A stretch of DNA of 64,000 nucleotides, taken from the NCBI GenBank assembly GCA_016183325.1, contig JACPEV010000003.1, positions 82,000-145,999 on the forward strand. The letters are read 5' to 3'. The DNA is from Candidatus Curtissbacteria bacterium (GTDB lineage: Bacteria; Patescibacteriota; Microgenomatia; Curtissbacterales; GWA2-41-24). Of this stretch, positions 1-9,130 are shown piece after piece (the stretch's first letter is position 1; the number at the start of each line of letters is the position of its first letter). The notes beneath the pieces were generated by a model that worked only from the letters and a program-made list of their open reading frames with translations, ran no database searches and was not told where the DNA came from. Position numbers and translations under genes: made by a program.

Positions 1-279
1 AATCTATTACTTTTATATGTTTTCCAATTGGCTATTTCCCCAGCACCATTCGGTGCGGGGCTGGCGTCGGATGGATATGGGAGCGGTAATGTTACAGGTT
101 CTTTTACCTTTCTGATTAAAAAGCTGTTGAAAAGTAAAGTTGCTGCAACGACAAGACAAATAATCGTAAGGCCGATTAGAACAGGTGGGGTTAGATAGCC
201 CCTACTCGCCGTGAAGCGGCGAAGCGGGCCGGTTTTAGTATTCGGGGGAATCTGATAAGAAAACCAGGCGCGCCGCATA
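1..279 (-). CDS. 5' part of a membrane-anchored hypothetical protein (paralog 1 of the MRRxxYLTPPVLIGL family); the gene runs off the window start
   Basis: Positions 181-290 are essentially identical to 1455-1565, so the N-terminus MRRAWFSYQIPPNTKTGPLRRFTASRGYLTPPVLIGLAIICLVVAG with its signal anchor is recreated; sequence below ~170 diverges. Confidence 0.45.
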
Positions 280-408
280 GTTTTATCATCTCACTTTTTG
301 CTTTTTAAAACAAACGGTTATCGTATTAAAAGACTGCATACCAAAATCACGCAATTGCGCGAAATTGGTATGCAGAGGAAGTTTAGGGAATGTATACAAA
401 TATCTGAC

Positions 409-476
409 GATCGTCAAGAAATTGTATAGATTGAATTTATGAAAGAAAAAGTTTTTATTGCGTGTGTTTTTTGATC
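409..476. repeat. 68-bp repeat unit (copy 1 of 3) carrying a fossil of the doc 3' end (…atcaaaaaacacacgcaataa = IKKHTQ*)
   Basis: Identical to 1681-1748 and 1749-1816. Confidence 0.8.
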
Positions 477-639
477 AGTTCTTCCCACGTCTTTGAGTAT
501 TTTTTGATAAGTTTTTTAGTTAACTTAGCAATTTTAGGATCAATTGTATTTGGACGTTTTGGTGCTTCTTGATCTACAGAATTTTTCCTCATTAATGATT
601 TGTGCATATGTTTCTTTTCTACTTACTTTGCGCTGACTT

Positions 640-765
640 GTCAACACACATCCTGTTGTCATTGCGAGGAGGTCTGCAGAATGCAGACCGACGAAGCAAT
701 CTATTTTAAGTGAGATTGCTTCGCTTCGTCGAGCCAGACTCGACTTCGCTCGCAATGACAAAGTA
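640..765. repeat. GC-rich structured palindromic element: outer inverted repeat GTCATTGCGAG…CTCGCAATGAC enclosing three internal hairpins
   Basis: Internal hairpins gtctgcaGAAtgcagac, gaagcaatc…gattgcttc and gtcgag-ccaga-ctcgac; shares the CGACTTCGCTC word with the wider repeat family. Confidence 0.6.
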
Positions 766-805
766 GTTATCTACTCTATAAATTTGAAAGGTGGAGAGGA
801 TTTGG

Positions 806-1552
806 TCAGTTTTGAAACTTGATTGTGTTGACCATTTGCATAAAGATTTGATCCCATTTCTCTTGTTCTTCTTTTGAACCTCCTCGGGACACAAATCCCA
901 AAATTTTACCATTAAAGGTTACATCGACCTTGTGATAATAAAAAATATCATGACCCCCTTCGGGATCTGTACCATCAACCACATATTCGATGGCAGGATT
1001 GCCATCTATCGTTAGATTTCTGATTTTGTAAAGAGGCGCTTTTGCAGCATGAAATTCCTCAATTTTTTCTCCTGGCTCTAAATTTAGTATTTTATAATAT
1101 TCATCGTAATTTTCTGTTACGCTAAAGCCGATTACTCCCCCAACCTTAGAATTATCGTTGGGCATAAATTGTAAAAACGCACCGCCGGTAGTTAAGGACT
1201 GTGGATGTTTAAAGCAGAATTTATCTTGAGAGTCTTTATAAGTAATCCAGTTTGCTGTGCCAGGAGTATTCCTTGGCTCGCATTCAAAATCTTCAATTTT
1301 ACTTTGGTGGTCTGTTTTGTCGGTTTGACGACTTGACGTTGGCTGTACAGAAGGTGATGGGTCAATAGTTTCATCTCTTGCGTTTCTAATGAGGAAGCTG
1401 TTGAAGAAGAGAGTGCCGGCGACAACAAGACAAATTATTGCAAGGCCGATTAGAACAGGTGGGGTTAGATAGCCCCTACTCGCCGTGAAGCGGCGAAGCG
1501 GGCCGGTTTTAGTATTCGGGGGAATCTGATAAGAAAACCAGGCGCGCCGCAT
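806..1552 (-). CDS. membrane-anchored/secreted hypothetical protein, paralog 2 of the MRRxxYLTPPVLIGL family
   Basis: ORF track frame; the likely start is the internal Met (MRRAWF…) because the 5' region including the N-terminus is duplicated at 1-290; single N-terminal TM helix. Confidence 0.5.
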   Translation of the reverse strand: MRRAWFSYQIPPNTKTGPLRRFTASRGYLTPPVLIGLAIICLVVAGTLFFNSFLIRNARDETIDPSPSVQPTSSRQTDKTDHQSKIEDFECEPRNTPGTANWITYKDSQDKFCFKHPQSLTTGGAFLQFMPNDNSKVGGVIGFSVTENYDEYYKILNLEPGEKIEEFHAAKAPLYKIRNLTIDGNPAIEYVVDGTDPEGGHDIFYYHKVDVTFNGKILGFVSRGGSKEEQEKWDQIFMQMVNTIKFQN

Positions 1553-1680
1553 AGTTTTATCATTCCACTTTTTGCTTTTTAAAACAAACTCTCGGTGGGT
1601 AATGGGTGGCATACCAAAATCACGCAATTGCGCGAAATTGGTATGCAGAGGAAGTTTAGGGAATGTATACAAATATCTGA

Positions 1681-1816
1681 CGATCGTCAAGAAATTGTAT
1701 AGATTGAATTTATGAAAGAAAAAGTTTTTATTGCGTGTGTTTTTTGATCGATCGTCAAGAAATTGTATAGATTGAATTTATGAAAGAAAAAGTTTTTATT
1801 GCGTGTGTTTTTTGAT
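1681..1816. repeat. tandem duplication (2 x 68 bp) of the unit at 409-476; the distal copy overlaps the doc stop codon
   Basis: Direct reading: cgatcgtcaagaaattgtatagattgaatttatgaaagaaaaagtttttattgcgtgtgttttttgat appears twice. Confidence 0.85.
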
Positions 1817-2176
1817 CCAATCGGCGATTTGGTCTAGCGACGGCTTTTCGTTTTCTGCCCATAAGGCAAAATCCACTTTTTCTCTTTGTGTTGCCACAAG
1901 TTCGTAGCCATTTAAATACAAAAAATATTCTAAAGTTCCCAGTGCGGTTCTTTTGTTTCCATCGATAAATGGATGATTTGATGAAAGTGATTGAATAAGG
2001 GCTGCAGCTTTTAGAAAAATGTCGGGATAGAGATCTTCTCCACCAAAAGTAGCTTGAGGCCGACCTAGCGCTGACGATAAGAGATCCCAATCTCGAACAC
2101 CTTGAGAACCACCAGTTTTTTCTGTAACACGAAGATGGATGGCGACGACTTCGTCTAGGGTGGGATATTTGATCAC
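1796..2176 (-). CDS. doc: Doc (death-on-curing) toxin, Fic/Doc family
   Basis: Fic/Doc motif HPFIDGNKRTA; 126 aa; overlaps the upstream antitoxin by 4 bp. Confidence 0.85.
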   Translation of the reverse strand: MIKYPTLDEVVAIHLRVTEKTGGSQGVRDWDLLSSALGRPQATFGGEDLYPDIFLKAAALIQSLSSNHPFIDGNKRTALGTLEYFLYLNGYELVATQREKVDFALWAENEKPSLDQIADWIKKHTQ

Positions 2177-2397
2177 TTATTGGCCAGCTCTTCTAAAGCT
2201 GGGCGATTTTTCTCGATGTACTTATCGACCCATTCTAAAAAAGCAGGAGTCAAAGTGGTTTTTCGAGCTTTTTTGACAGGCTGAATATCAACTTCAGCAG
2301 ATTGACCAACCTTCAGATTCTTTTCTTGAAGAACCTTTTTGGGAATAATGACGGCTACAGAATTACCGACACGAATTATCTTTTGAATCACGTTCAC
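2173..2397 (-). CDS. phd: AbrB/MazE-fold antitoxin partner of Doc (Phd-like)
   Basis: N-terminus IIRVGNSVAVIIPKKV is a typical SpoVT/AbrB swapped-hairpin; position and 4-bp overlap with doc. Confidence 0.7.
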   Translation of the reverse strand: MNVIQKIIRVGNSVAVIIPKKVLQEKNLKVGQSAEVDIQPVKKARKTTLTPAFLEWVDKYIEKNRPALEELANK

Positions 2398-2449
2398 CCT
2401 GAGTTTGTCGAAGGGTTAGTACAATGTTATAACAAAATTTGGGGTTTTG

Positions 2450-2812
2450 TCAATCACTTGATGATTTGGTTGTTTCTAAACATTTTGTGAGCTCTTCCGT
2501 TGGTGTCCAGCCGCACTTACCATCGGGCTGTAGTTCGCATCTGGCATTTTTATAACAAGCAAATTCTGCTCGCCACTCGCAAGTAGTGATTACATCTTGA
2601 TCGGAGCAAACTTGGCTGCTACAACCGGTTATTTTGCAACCATCGGTTGACGTGGCTTTAGATTTCGGACTTGATTGAGCAAAAGGTGTTGGGATTGGTT
2701 GGGTTTTGACATTTTTGACGAGGAGGCTGTGGAGAAAAAAAGTTCCTGCGACGAAAAAGCAAACGAGCGCAAGGCCGATTAGGACAGGAGGGGTGAGATA
2801 ACCGCGGCGCAT
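2450..2812 (-). CDS. membrane-anchored Cys-rich hypothetical protein, paralog 3 of the MRRxxYLTPPVLIGL family
   Basis: N-terminus MRRGYLTPPVLIGLALVCFFVAGTFF matches paralogs 1 and 2; the upstream catagtttaatcat is also conserved; C-terminus has 8 Cys. Confidence 0.55.
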   Translation of the reverse strand: MRRGYLTPPVLIGLALVCFFVAGTFFLHSLLVKNVKTQPIPTPFAQSSPKSKATSTDGCKITGCSSQVCSDQDVITTCEWRAEFACYKNARCELQPDGKCGWTPTEELTKCLETTKSSSD

Positions 2813-2851
2813 AGTTTAATCATGGCAGATTTTGGAAAATTGGACAAACTA

Positions 2852-3331
2852 TTAGGTCTGTAGTGTTTGAAGGATTTGAGAAATTTTTCCGTAGGCTTCG
2901 TCTGAATTTTTGTAGCTACCTTCTTGGTCCCTAGCCTCAACTATTCCATCTCTGAAATCAATAGTATTGTTTGTGGGATCTTTTATATATCCTGTGCGTA
3001 AATGAAGCCATCCAACTTCCTTATCGTCTGAATCTTTTTTCAGAATATATAAATCTGAACTAATTACATTACCACCAGGATCACTGGCTTGTGCTTCATA
3101 GCGAATTGTATATTTCAAACGACCCCTTTGAAATATAATATCTGGCCTTTTCCCTCCGTAGGTTGATATCTCAAAAAAGGCTGCGCCCGCAGCCGAGTTA
3201 TATTCCTGAGTCCCAAATAATGTTGCAGTGATAGTCGAGAGGGTTTCATAGTTTCGCCTACTGATTCCAATATCACCTTCTCCTGTTTCCGGTCCCTTGA
3301 TAGGTTCTTCTTTTCTTATATCTGTTGTCAT
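2852..3331 (-). CDS. hypothetical protein
   Basis: ORF only; immediately upstream of and co-directional with paralog 3. Confidence 0.45.
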   Translation of the reverse strand: MTTDIRKEEPIKGPETGEGDIGISRRNYETLSTITATLFGTQEYNSAAGAAFFEISTYGGKRPDIIFQRGRLKYTIRYEAQASDPGGNVISSDLYILKKDSDDKEVGWLHLRTGYIKDPTNNTIDFRDGIVEARDQEGSYKNSDEAYGKISQILQTLQT

Positions 3332-3441
3332 GTTTAGGGAATTATAACATCTATTCGCTCGAAAAGACTTATCTAGGTCCTTTCGTGGTCGTTGCCACTC
3401 CAGGATGACGAAAGAAAGAAATAGAATATATAATTGTTAAC

Positions 3442-4884
3442 ATGAAACGAATTTACATAACCACTGCTATCCCTTACGTTAATGCGGCGCCGCATATTGG
3501 TTTTGCCCTTGAGGCAGTGCAGGCGGATTGCCTGGCGAGATTTTATAGACTTTTGGGATATGACGTCTATTTTGCTTCGGGGACGGATGAAAATTCCCTG
3601 AAAAATGTGCAGGCGGCGGAGGCTGAAGGTTTGCCGACACAAGAATTGGTGGACAAATACGCCAAGCAATTTGAAAACTTAAAAGACGCGCTTAATTTAA
3701 CGTGGAATACTTTCAATAGGACCAGTGCCAAACACCATTTTGATGGCGCACAAAAATTGTGGAATCTTTGTAATAAAGAAGATATCTATAAAAAAAATTA
3801 TCGGGGACTTTATTGTGTTGGGTGTGAAGTCTTTTATGCCCAAGATGAAATTTCTGACGGAAAATGTCCAGACGGGCATACAAACATCGATGAGGTTGAG
3901 GAGGAAAATTACTTTTTTGCTCTCTCCAAATATCAAAGATACTTGGAGACGCTGATTAACACGGATCCTTCGACTTCACTCAGGACAGGTAAATTGCGGA
4001 TTGTACCGAATACGAAAAAAAATGAAGTTTTATCTTTTATTAAACAAGGACTTGAGGATTTTAGTATTTCGAGATCCCGAGAGAGAGCTCGGGGTTGGGG
4101 CGTGCCGGTGCCCGGCGACGAATCTCAGGTAATGTATGTATGGTTCGATGCTCTGACAACTTACTTGACGGCTTTGGGATTTTCGTCAAACGATGAACTT
4201 TATAAACAATATTGGACTAACAATTCCAATCGACTGCATGTTATTGGTAAGGGGATTATCAGGTTTCATGCAGTTTACTGGCCGGCGATGCTGGCATCGG
4301 CAGGGCTTCCCCTTCCCGCGATCGAATTTGTACATGGATATGTGACAGTTGATGGTCAAAAGATTTCTAAATCGCTTGGGAATGTGATCAACCCGTTTGA
4401 TTTAGTTTCTAAATTCGGCGTCGATCCGGTTCGATATTATTTACTTCGGGAAATTCCGGCGTATGGGGACGGGGATTTTTCGATTGCAAGATTTAAGGAT
4501 TTATACAATGGGGAGTTGGCAAATGGGCTTGGGAACTTGGTGGCGCGGGTGGCGCGACTGGCTTCTGATACAAGTCTGAGTTTGCCTGAAAAAAAGAATT
4601 TTAAGTTTAAAAAAACAGTTTCTGATAATTTGAGGATATTTAAATTTGATCAAGCTTTGCTTTCGATATGGGATGATATTTCGCGACTTGATAAAAAGAT
4701 CAATGAGGAAAAACCTTGGGAGCTCGCGGGTAAAAACCTTAAGAAATCGATAACTCCAATTGCCCAAGAGATTCGCGAAATTGCTTTTAACCTTGCGCCG
4801 TTTTTACCGGACACATCGAGGAAAATTCTTGATCAGTTTACGGGGAAAGTTTCGTCCGAAAAGCCTTTATTCCCCCGCATATGA
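3442..4884 (+). CDS. metG: methionyl-tRNA synthetase
   Basis: Class I aaRS motifs PHIGF (HIGH) and KISKS (KMSKS); the N-terminus aligns with MetRS. Confidence 0.9.
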   Translation: MKRIYITTAIPYVNAAPHIGFALEAVQADCLARFYRLLGYDVYFASGTDENSLKNVQAAEAEGLPTQELVDKYAKQFENLKDALNLTWNTFNRTSAKHHFDGAQKLWNLCNKEDIYKKNYRGLYCVGCEVFYAQDEISDGKCPDGHTNIDEVEEENYFFALSKYQRYLETLINTDPSTSLRTGKLRIVPNTKKNEVLSFIKQGLEDFSISRSRERARGWGVPVPGDESQVMYVWFDALTTYLTALGFSSNDELYKQYWTNNSNRLHVIGKGIIRFHAVYWPAMLASAGLPLPAIEFVHGYVTVDGQKISKSLGNVINPFDLVSKFGVDPVRYYLLREIPAYGDGDFSIARFKDLYNGELANGLGNLVARVARLASDTSLSLPEKKNFKFKKTVSDNLRIFKFDQALLSIWDDISRLDKKINEEKPWELAGKNLKKSITPIAQEIREIAFNLAPFLPDTSRKILDQFTGKVSSEKPLFPRI

Positions 4885-5549
4885 AAAAGCAATTTAAGGT
4901 TTTTGCTTGGGATTTCCACGGAACCTTGGAACAAGGGGTTGAAGTAGGATTTTGGCATATTTTGAAGGCTATAGCGAAAAAGCGCGGAATAGCCGAGAAT
5001 TTTAAGTTGTCTGAAGTTAGAAAGCTCTATGGAGTCACGGTTGCCAATTATCTACGGCATTTTTTCCCAGAAAGCAACGAGGCAGAGATTCGTGAAGTGA
5101 TGAAAGACGTGGCAACTATTCAAAATCAATCACATTTAAAAAAATATGTTCGTGCGGCACCTGGAGCAATCGAAGTTTTGGGCAGGATTCGCGCGGCAGG
5201 CCACAAGAATATTGTTCTTTCTAATTCACATCCAGATCACATTAAGCCGCTTATTAAAATTGTTGGCATGGCCGAGTTAATCGATGAGGTTTATGCCATT
5301 GACAGGCACTACACGCACAAGAAATTCGATCCTGTTGTTGAAAAGACAAAAGTTTTAAAGCGAATTAAAAAACAAGACCAGCTCGGTCGCAGTCAGTTAA
5401 TTGCCATCGGTGATCGTGCCAGCGACATAAATGCAGGGATAGCGGCAGGAACGGTGACTTATCAGTTCCTTCGGCGTGGTTTTCCGATTGACGAGACAGA
5501 TGCCGACTATAAAATATATCATTTGAGTGAGATTTTGAGAGAAATTTAA
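4881..5549 (+). CDS. HAD-superfamily hydrolase-like protein
   Basis: AWDFHGTL (degenerate motif I) and IAIGDRASDINAG (motif IV); 4-bp overlap with metG. Confidence 0.55.
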   Translation: MKKQFKVFAWDFHGTLEQGVEVGFWHILKAIAKKRGIAENFKLSEVRKLYGVTVANYLRHFFPESNEAEIREVMKDVATIQNQSHLKKYVRAAPGAIEVLGRIRAAGHKNIVLSNSHPDHIKPLIKIVGMAELIDEVYAIDRHYTHKKFDPVVEKTKVLKRIKKQDQLGRSQLIAIGDRASDINAGIAAGTVTYQFLRRGFPIDETDADYKIYHLSEILREI

Positions 5550-6571
5550 TGTTTGTCGATACCCATGCGCATTTGGATTTCTGTGATGACATTGATGATT
5601 GGATTGAAAGAGCAAAAGAGGCGGGGGTTAGGAAGATTATTAATGTTGGGACTTCTATTGAGGCAAGCAAGAAAAGTGTTGAGATTGCAGAGAAGTATTC
5701 TGAAAATGGATCCCGAATCAAGTTCGGAATGACAAAAGAGGATGACTTTCAGATCTTCGCCTCAGTCGGAATTCATCCTCAAGACGGAAAAGGTGATGTT
5801 AAAAAGTTTGGCTCTTTGCTGCACTGTTTCGAAACGCTGAAGCAAATTGCAGAGTCGTCTAAGAAAGTGGTGGCGGTTGGAGAGACCGGACTCGACTATT
5901 ACTTAAAAACAACTGATCCTTCGACCCATTCGATGAACTCAGGGCAAGCAAACTCAGGACAAACAGCAAGGCAACTGACAACTGACAAGGAAAGGGAATT
6001 TCAAAGAAAACTTTTTACTGAACAAATAAAATTAGCGCGGGAACTAAACTTGCCGATTCTCGTCCACTGCCGTAATGCTTGGGATGAGATTTTCGAGATA
6101 ATTTCAAACGAGCATGATAGTCATCCTGAATTTATTTCAGGAACTAAAAAAAAGATTCCGAAACAAAACCAGATCCCGAAACCCATTCGGGTCGATAAAA
6201 TCAGACAAGTTCGGGATGACATGGTTCGGAATGACAGAGGTGGAGTTCGAGGTTTGTTCCATTCATGGACCGGGGATTGGGAAGCGGCGAAAAAGGCTTT
6301 GGATCTGGGATTTTATATTTCCTTTTCCGGAATTGTGACGTTTAAAAATGCGCCAAAGGTCGCAGAAGTGGCGAAAAAAGTGCCGCTTGATAGAATGTTA
6401 GTTGAGACGGACTCCCCTTTTCTTTCACCGGAACCTTATCGCGGAATGGAAAATGAGCCTAAAAATGTTATAATAACGGCTCAGTTTTTGGCCAAGCTTC
6501 GAGACATTCCCCTTGATACAATAGAGGATGCGACATCGCGGAATACACAAAGGTTGTTTAACATACAATAA
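5549..6571 (+). CDS. tatD: TatD-family metal-dependent DNase/hydrolase with an in-frame low-complexity insertion
   Basis: MFVDTHAHLDF start, HCRNAW, ETDSPFLSPEPYRG; the insertion around 5918-5960 carries the GC-rich repeat words. Confidence 0.8.
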   Translation: MFVDTHAHLDFCDDIDDWIERAKEAGVRKIINVGTSIEASKKSVEIAEKYSENGSRIKFGMTKEDDFQIFASVGIHPQDGKGDVKKFGSLLHCFETLKQIAESSKKVVAVGETGLDYYLKTTDPSTHSMNSGQANSGQTARQLTTDKEREFQRKLFTEQIKLARELNLPILVHCRNAWDEIFEIISNEHDSHPEFISGTKKKIPKQNQIPKPIRVDKIRQVRDDMVRNDRGGVRGLFHSWTGDWEAAKKALDLGFYISFSGIVTFKNAPKVAEVAKKVPLDRMLVETDSPFLSPEPYRGMENEPKNVIITAQFLAKLRDIPLDTIEDATSRNTQRLFNIQ

Positions 6572-6834
6572 ATCCGAAATACGCAGCACGAAATTAGTGC
6601 ATAAAGAAATTAGTTACTGGAAATTAGAAAATTGTAATGGAAAGTAGAAAATAGAAAATGGAGAATAAATTATAACTATTTTCCAATCTCAATTTTCCAT
6701 TTCCAATTTTGCGAAGCAAAACTTCGCTTTCCAGTTTCTAGAAACTATTTTCTAGAATACAGAATTGTTTCGTATTTCGGCCGGGGACTTTTTCCTGGAG
6801 TTTAATACTTTTTCCCGTCTGGGGATCGTTTTGG

Positions 6835-8211
6835 GTGCCACATTATGTTGCTTATTACATTATTCTTTTTGATATTTTGTGGTTTTATAAATCCGGATCT
6901 TTGGCGCTAACTTCCGTGATTTCTCATCTAAAGATGAACGCGGCAAAAAATTATGACTGGCTTGCGGATGCAAAACGCTTGCCAAACTTTAAAAAAATTC
7001 ACCACTTGATTGTGATTCCAACTTTTAAAGAACCTCTGCACACACTCGAGCGAGGTTTGGATTCTTGCGCAAGTCAGGATTTTCCCAAGAAACAGATTTC
7101 GGTTTGTTTGGCTTTTGAAGAACGGGAGGGAAATGATGCACATGAGAAGGCCAGAAAGCTTGCGGCTAAATACAAAAATAAATTCGCCAATCTCATTACT
7201 ACTTTTCATCCGGAGATCCCAAGTGAGGTTAAAGGTAAATCTTCGAATGAAGCATGGGCCGGGAAATATACCAAGAAGATTTTGGTTGATGTGCAAAAGA
7301 GAGATATAAATTACATCACGGTCACGTCAAAAGACGCGGATGGAGTTTTATCCGAGAAATTTCTTTCGGCTTTAACTTATCAATTTTTAACTTCCGAAAA
7401 TCGTCATTTACTTTTTTGGCAACCGGTTGTTCTTTATTACACGAATATTTGGAAGGTACCGGCGCCAATTAGGGTGATGAGCACTCTTGGCTCTGTTTGG
7501 CAAACTGCAATGAACACCAGGACAGACAAGCTGGTTAACTTTTCGATTTATTCAACATCCTTGAAACTTTTGGACGATGTTGGTTATTGGGATGTTGATG
7601 TGATTCCTGAGGATTTTAGAATTTTTTTCAAAAGCTATTTTGCAAAAAACGGGAAAGTGGAAGTCGATCCGATATTTTTGCCGGTTTATGCAGATGCGGC
7701 AGAATCGACAAGCTACATGAAATCGCTTGTTAATTTTTACGAACAGGAAAAAAGGTGGGCTTGGGGAGTTTCCGATGACGCTTATTTTCTTAAGAAGTGG
7801 ATAACTCATACTCATATTCCGTTTTGGCATAGAACTATTCGAGTTTTTAGAGTAATTGCGGACCATTTTTTGTGGCCGGTTAATTGGTTTGCGATAACAG
7901 TTGGTGCCAATATTCCGGTACTTTTAAATCCGCTTTTTGCACAAACTGTAATGGGGCAAAATCTGCCGAGAGTTTCGTTTGGAATTTTGACAATTTGCTG
8001 GCTATTTTTGGCGGTGATTCTGATTGTTGACATGAGACAGAGACCAAAACGCACTGAGAAGGTTTCAATTTTCCGTAAAATTTTAGCACCGGTGGAGTTT
8101 GTGCTTTTGCCAATTGTGACTTTAATTTTTTCGGCGCTACCGGGCATTGATGCCCACACCAGACTGATGCTGGGGAAGTACTTGGAGTATAGAGTAACAG
8201 AGAAAGTCTAG
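6835..8211 (+). CDS. GT2-like membrane glycosyltransferase (N-terminal GT-A domain plus C-terminal TM region)
   Basis: VIPTFKEP…, KDADGV (DxD-like), multiple C-terminal TM helices; the start may be the internal Met at ~6934. Confidence 0.5.
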   Translation: MPHYVAYYIILFDILWFYKSGSLALTSVISHLKMNAAKNYDWLADAKRLPNFKKIHHLIVIPTFKEPLHTLERGLDSCASQDFPKKQISVCLAFEEREGNDAHEKARKLAAKYKNKFANLITTFHPEIPSEVKGKSSNEAWAGKYTKKILVDVQKRDINYITVTSKDADGVLSEKFLSALTYQFLTSENRHLLFWQPVVLYYTNIWKVPAPIRVMSTLGSVWQTAMNTRTDKLVNFSIYSTSLKLLDDVGYWDVDVIPEDFRIFFKSYFAKNGKVEVDPIFLPVYADAAESTSYMKSLVNFYEQEKRWAWGVSDDAYFLKKWITHTHIPFWHRTIRVFRVIADHFLWPVNWFAITVGANIPVLLNPLFAQTVMGQNLPRVSFGILTICWLFLAVILIVDMRQRPKRTEKVSIFRKILAPVEFVLLPIVTLIFSALPGIDAHTRLMLGKYLEYRVTEKV

Positions 8212-8404
8212 GGGCGCTTCTGGCAACAGACGGTTTGGGGGCTAATGAATCGATTTATTAGCGATAAAAATGTCGAAGTGAATCAATTTTTTAAATTTTG
8301 AGGCTGAAAACATCACAAATTATGACATGTCAAAAAATGTGATGGTTATGTTTTAACCAAAGAAGATTCTACGAATATTGGCTATAAGGAATTTTGCCTA
8401 TGGG

Positions 8405-8821
8405 TTATTTGTCAATGCCGAGGCGCTTGTAGCCGTTTTTGGCAAAAGTTTCGTCAAAGCCAAATATTTCGTTTGTCTCGAACTCATCGGCAAAGGCCAT
8501 GACTAGACAATCTGTAAAACTGACAGACTTTGGTTGTCTTTGGAATTTCTCTAATGTCTTTTTGCGAATTTGCAATGTTGCCTCCATAATGGATAGCTCT
8601 TTTGATTCTAAAAACTTCCAGCCAGTTTCGACTGATAATTCATGGTTAACTTTTTTCCCTAAGACATTTAGAGTTTCTGCAAATATTTCGCCAGGAATAA
8701 TTAATGCACGGTTTGTTTTTTTAATGTGGATGCTTAAACTAACTGCAAGATTATGGTCGTGGTCGACAGTTGATGCTTGTGCCACAAGCGCACTCGAGTC
8801 TGCAATTACTGGAGTTTTCAT
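8405..8821 (-). CDS. vapC: PIN-domain toxin VapC
   Basis: PIN signature with the acidic C-terminal GFDETF; paired with a small upstream ORF. Confidence 0.8.
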   Translation of the reverse strand: MKTPVIADSSALVAQASTVDHDHNLAVSLSIHIKKTNRALIIPGEIFAETLNVLGKKVNHELSVETGWKFLESKELSIMEATLQIRKKTLEKFQRQPKSVSFTDCLVMAFADEFETNEIFGFDETFAKNGYKRLGIDK

Positions 8822-9078
8822 TCCTCGTAGAGGTACTTATCGATATTTCTGGAAAGATCCTTTGGAGCTTTGGTTTTATATTTTTCCCCTAACTTTGCAA
8901 TCTCTAGTAAAACGTCGCCTGCATTTTTGGGTGTTTTCTTGTCGAGACTGTCTTCCAGCGCCTCACGGATTACTGCCGCTTTGGTCTTTTTCTCTCTTTT
9001 GGAGATTAAGTCTATATGCTGATAGAGACCTTTAGGTAAGTAAATTTGAGTGCGGATCATATGTCTGATGTATAACAT
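8818..9078 (-). CDS. vapB: ribbon-helix-helix antitoxin (VapB-like)
   Basis: IYLPKGLYQHIDL… is an RHH-like N-terminus; 4-bp overlap with vapC. Confidence 0.6.
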   Translation of the reverse strand: MLYIRHMIRTQIYLPKGLYQHIDLISKREKKTKAAVIREALEDSLDKKTPKNAGDVLLEIAKLGEKYKTKAPKDLSRNIDKYLYEE

Positions 9079-9130
9079 ATATTTTGTTGGTTTGTCAATG
9101 TAATGACTTTCTTAATATACTGATTAGGAA

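Noticed and set aside
3332-3441. T-box leader upstream of metG
   Set aside because: The spacer is only ~110 nt and has a single hairpin (CTTTCGT…ACGAAAG); no T-box or specifier-loop consensus is visible.
8439-9035. 198-aa ORF on the + strand
   Set aside because: It is fully antisense to a well-supported VapBC pair and has no motifs.
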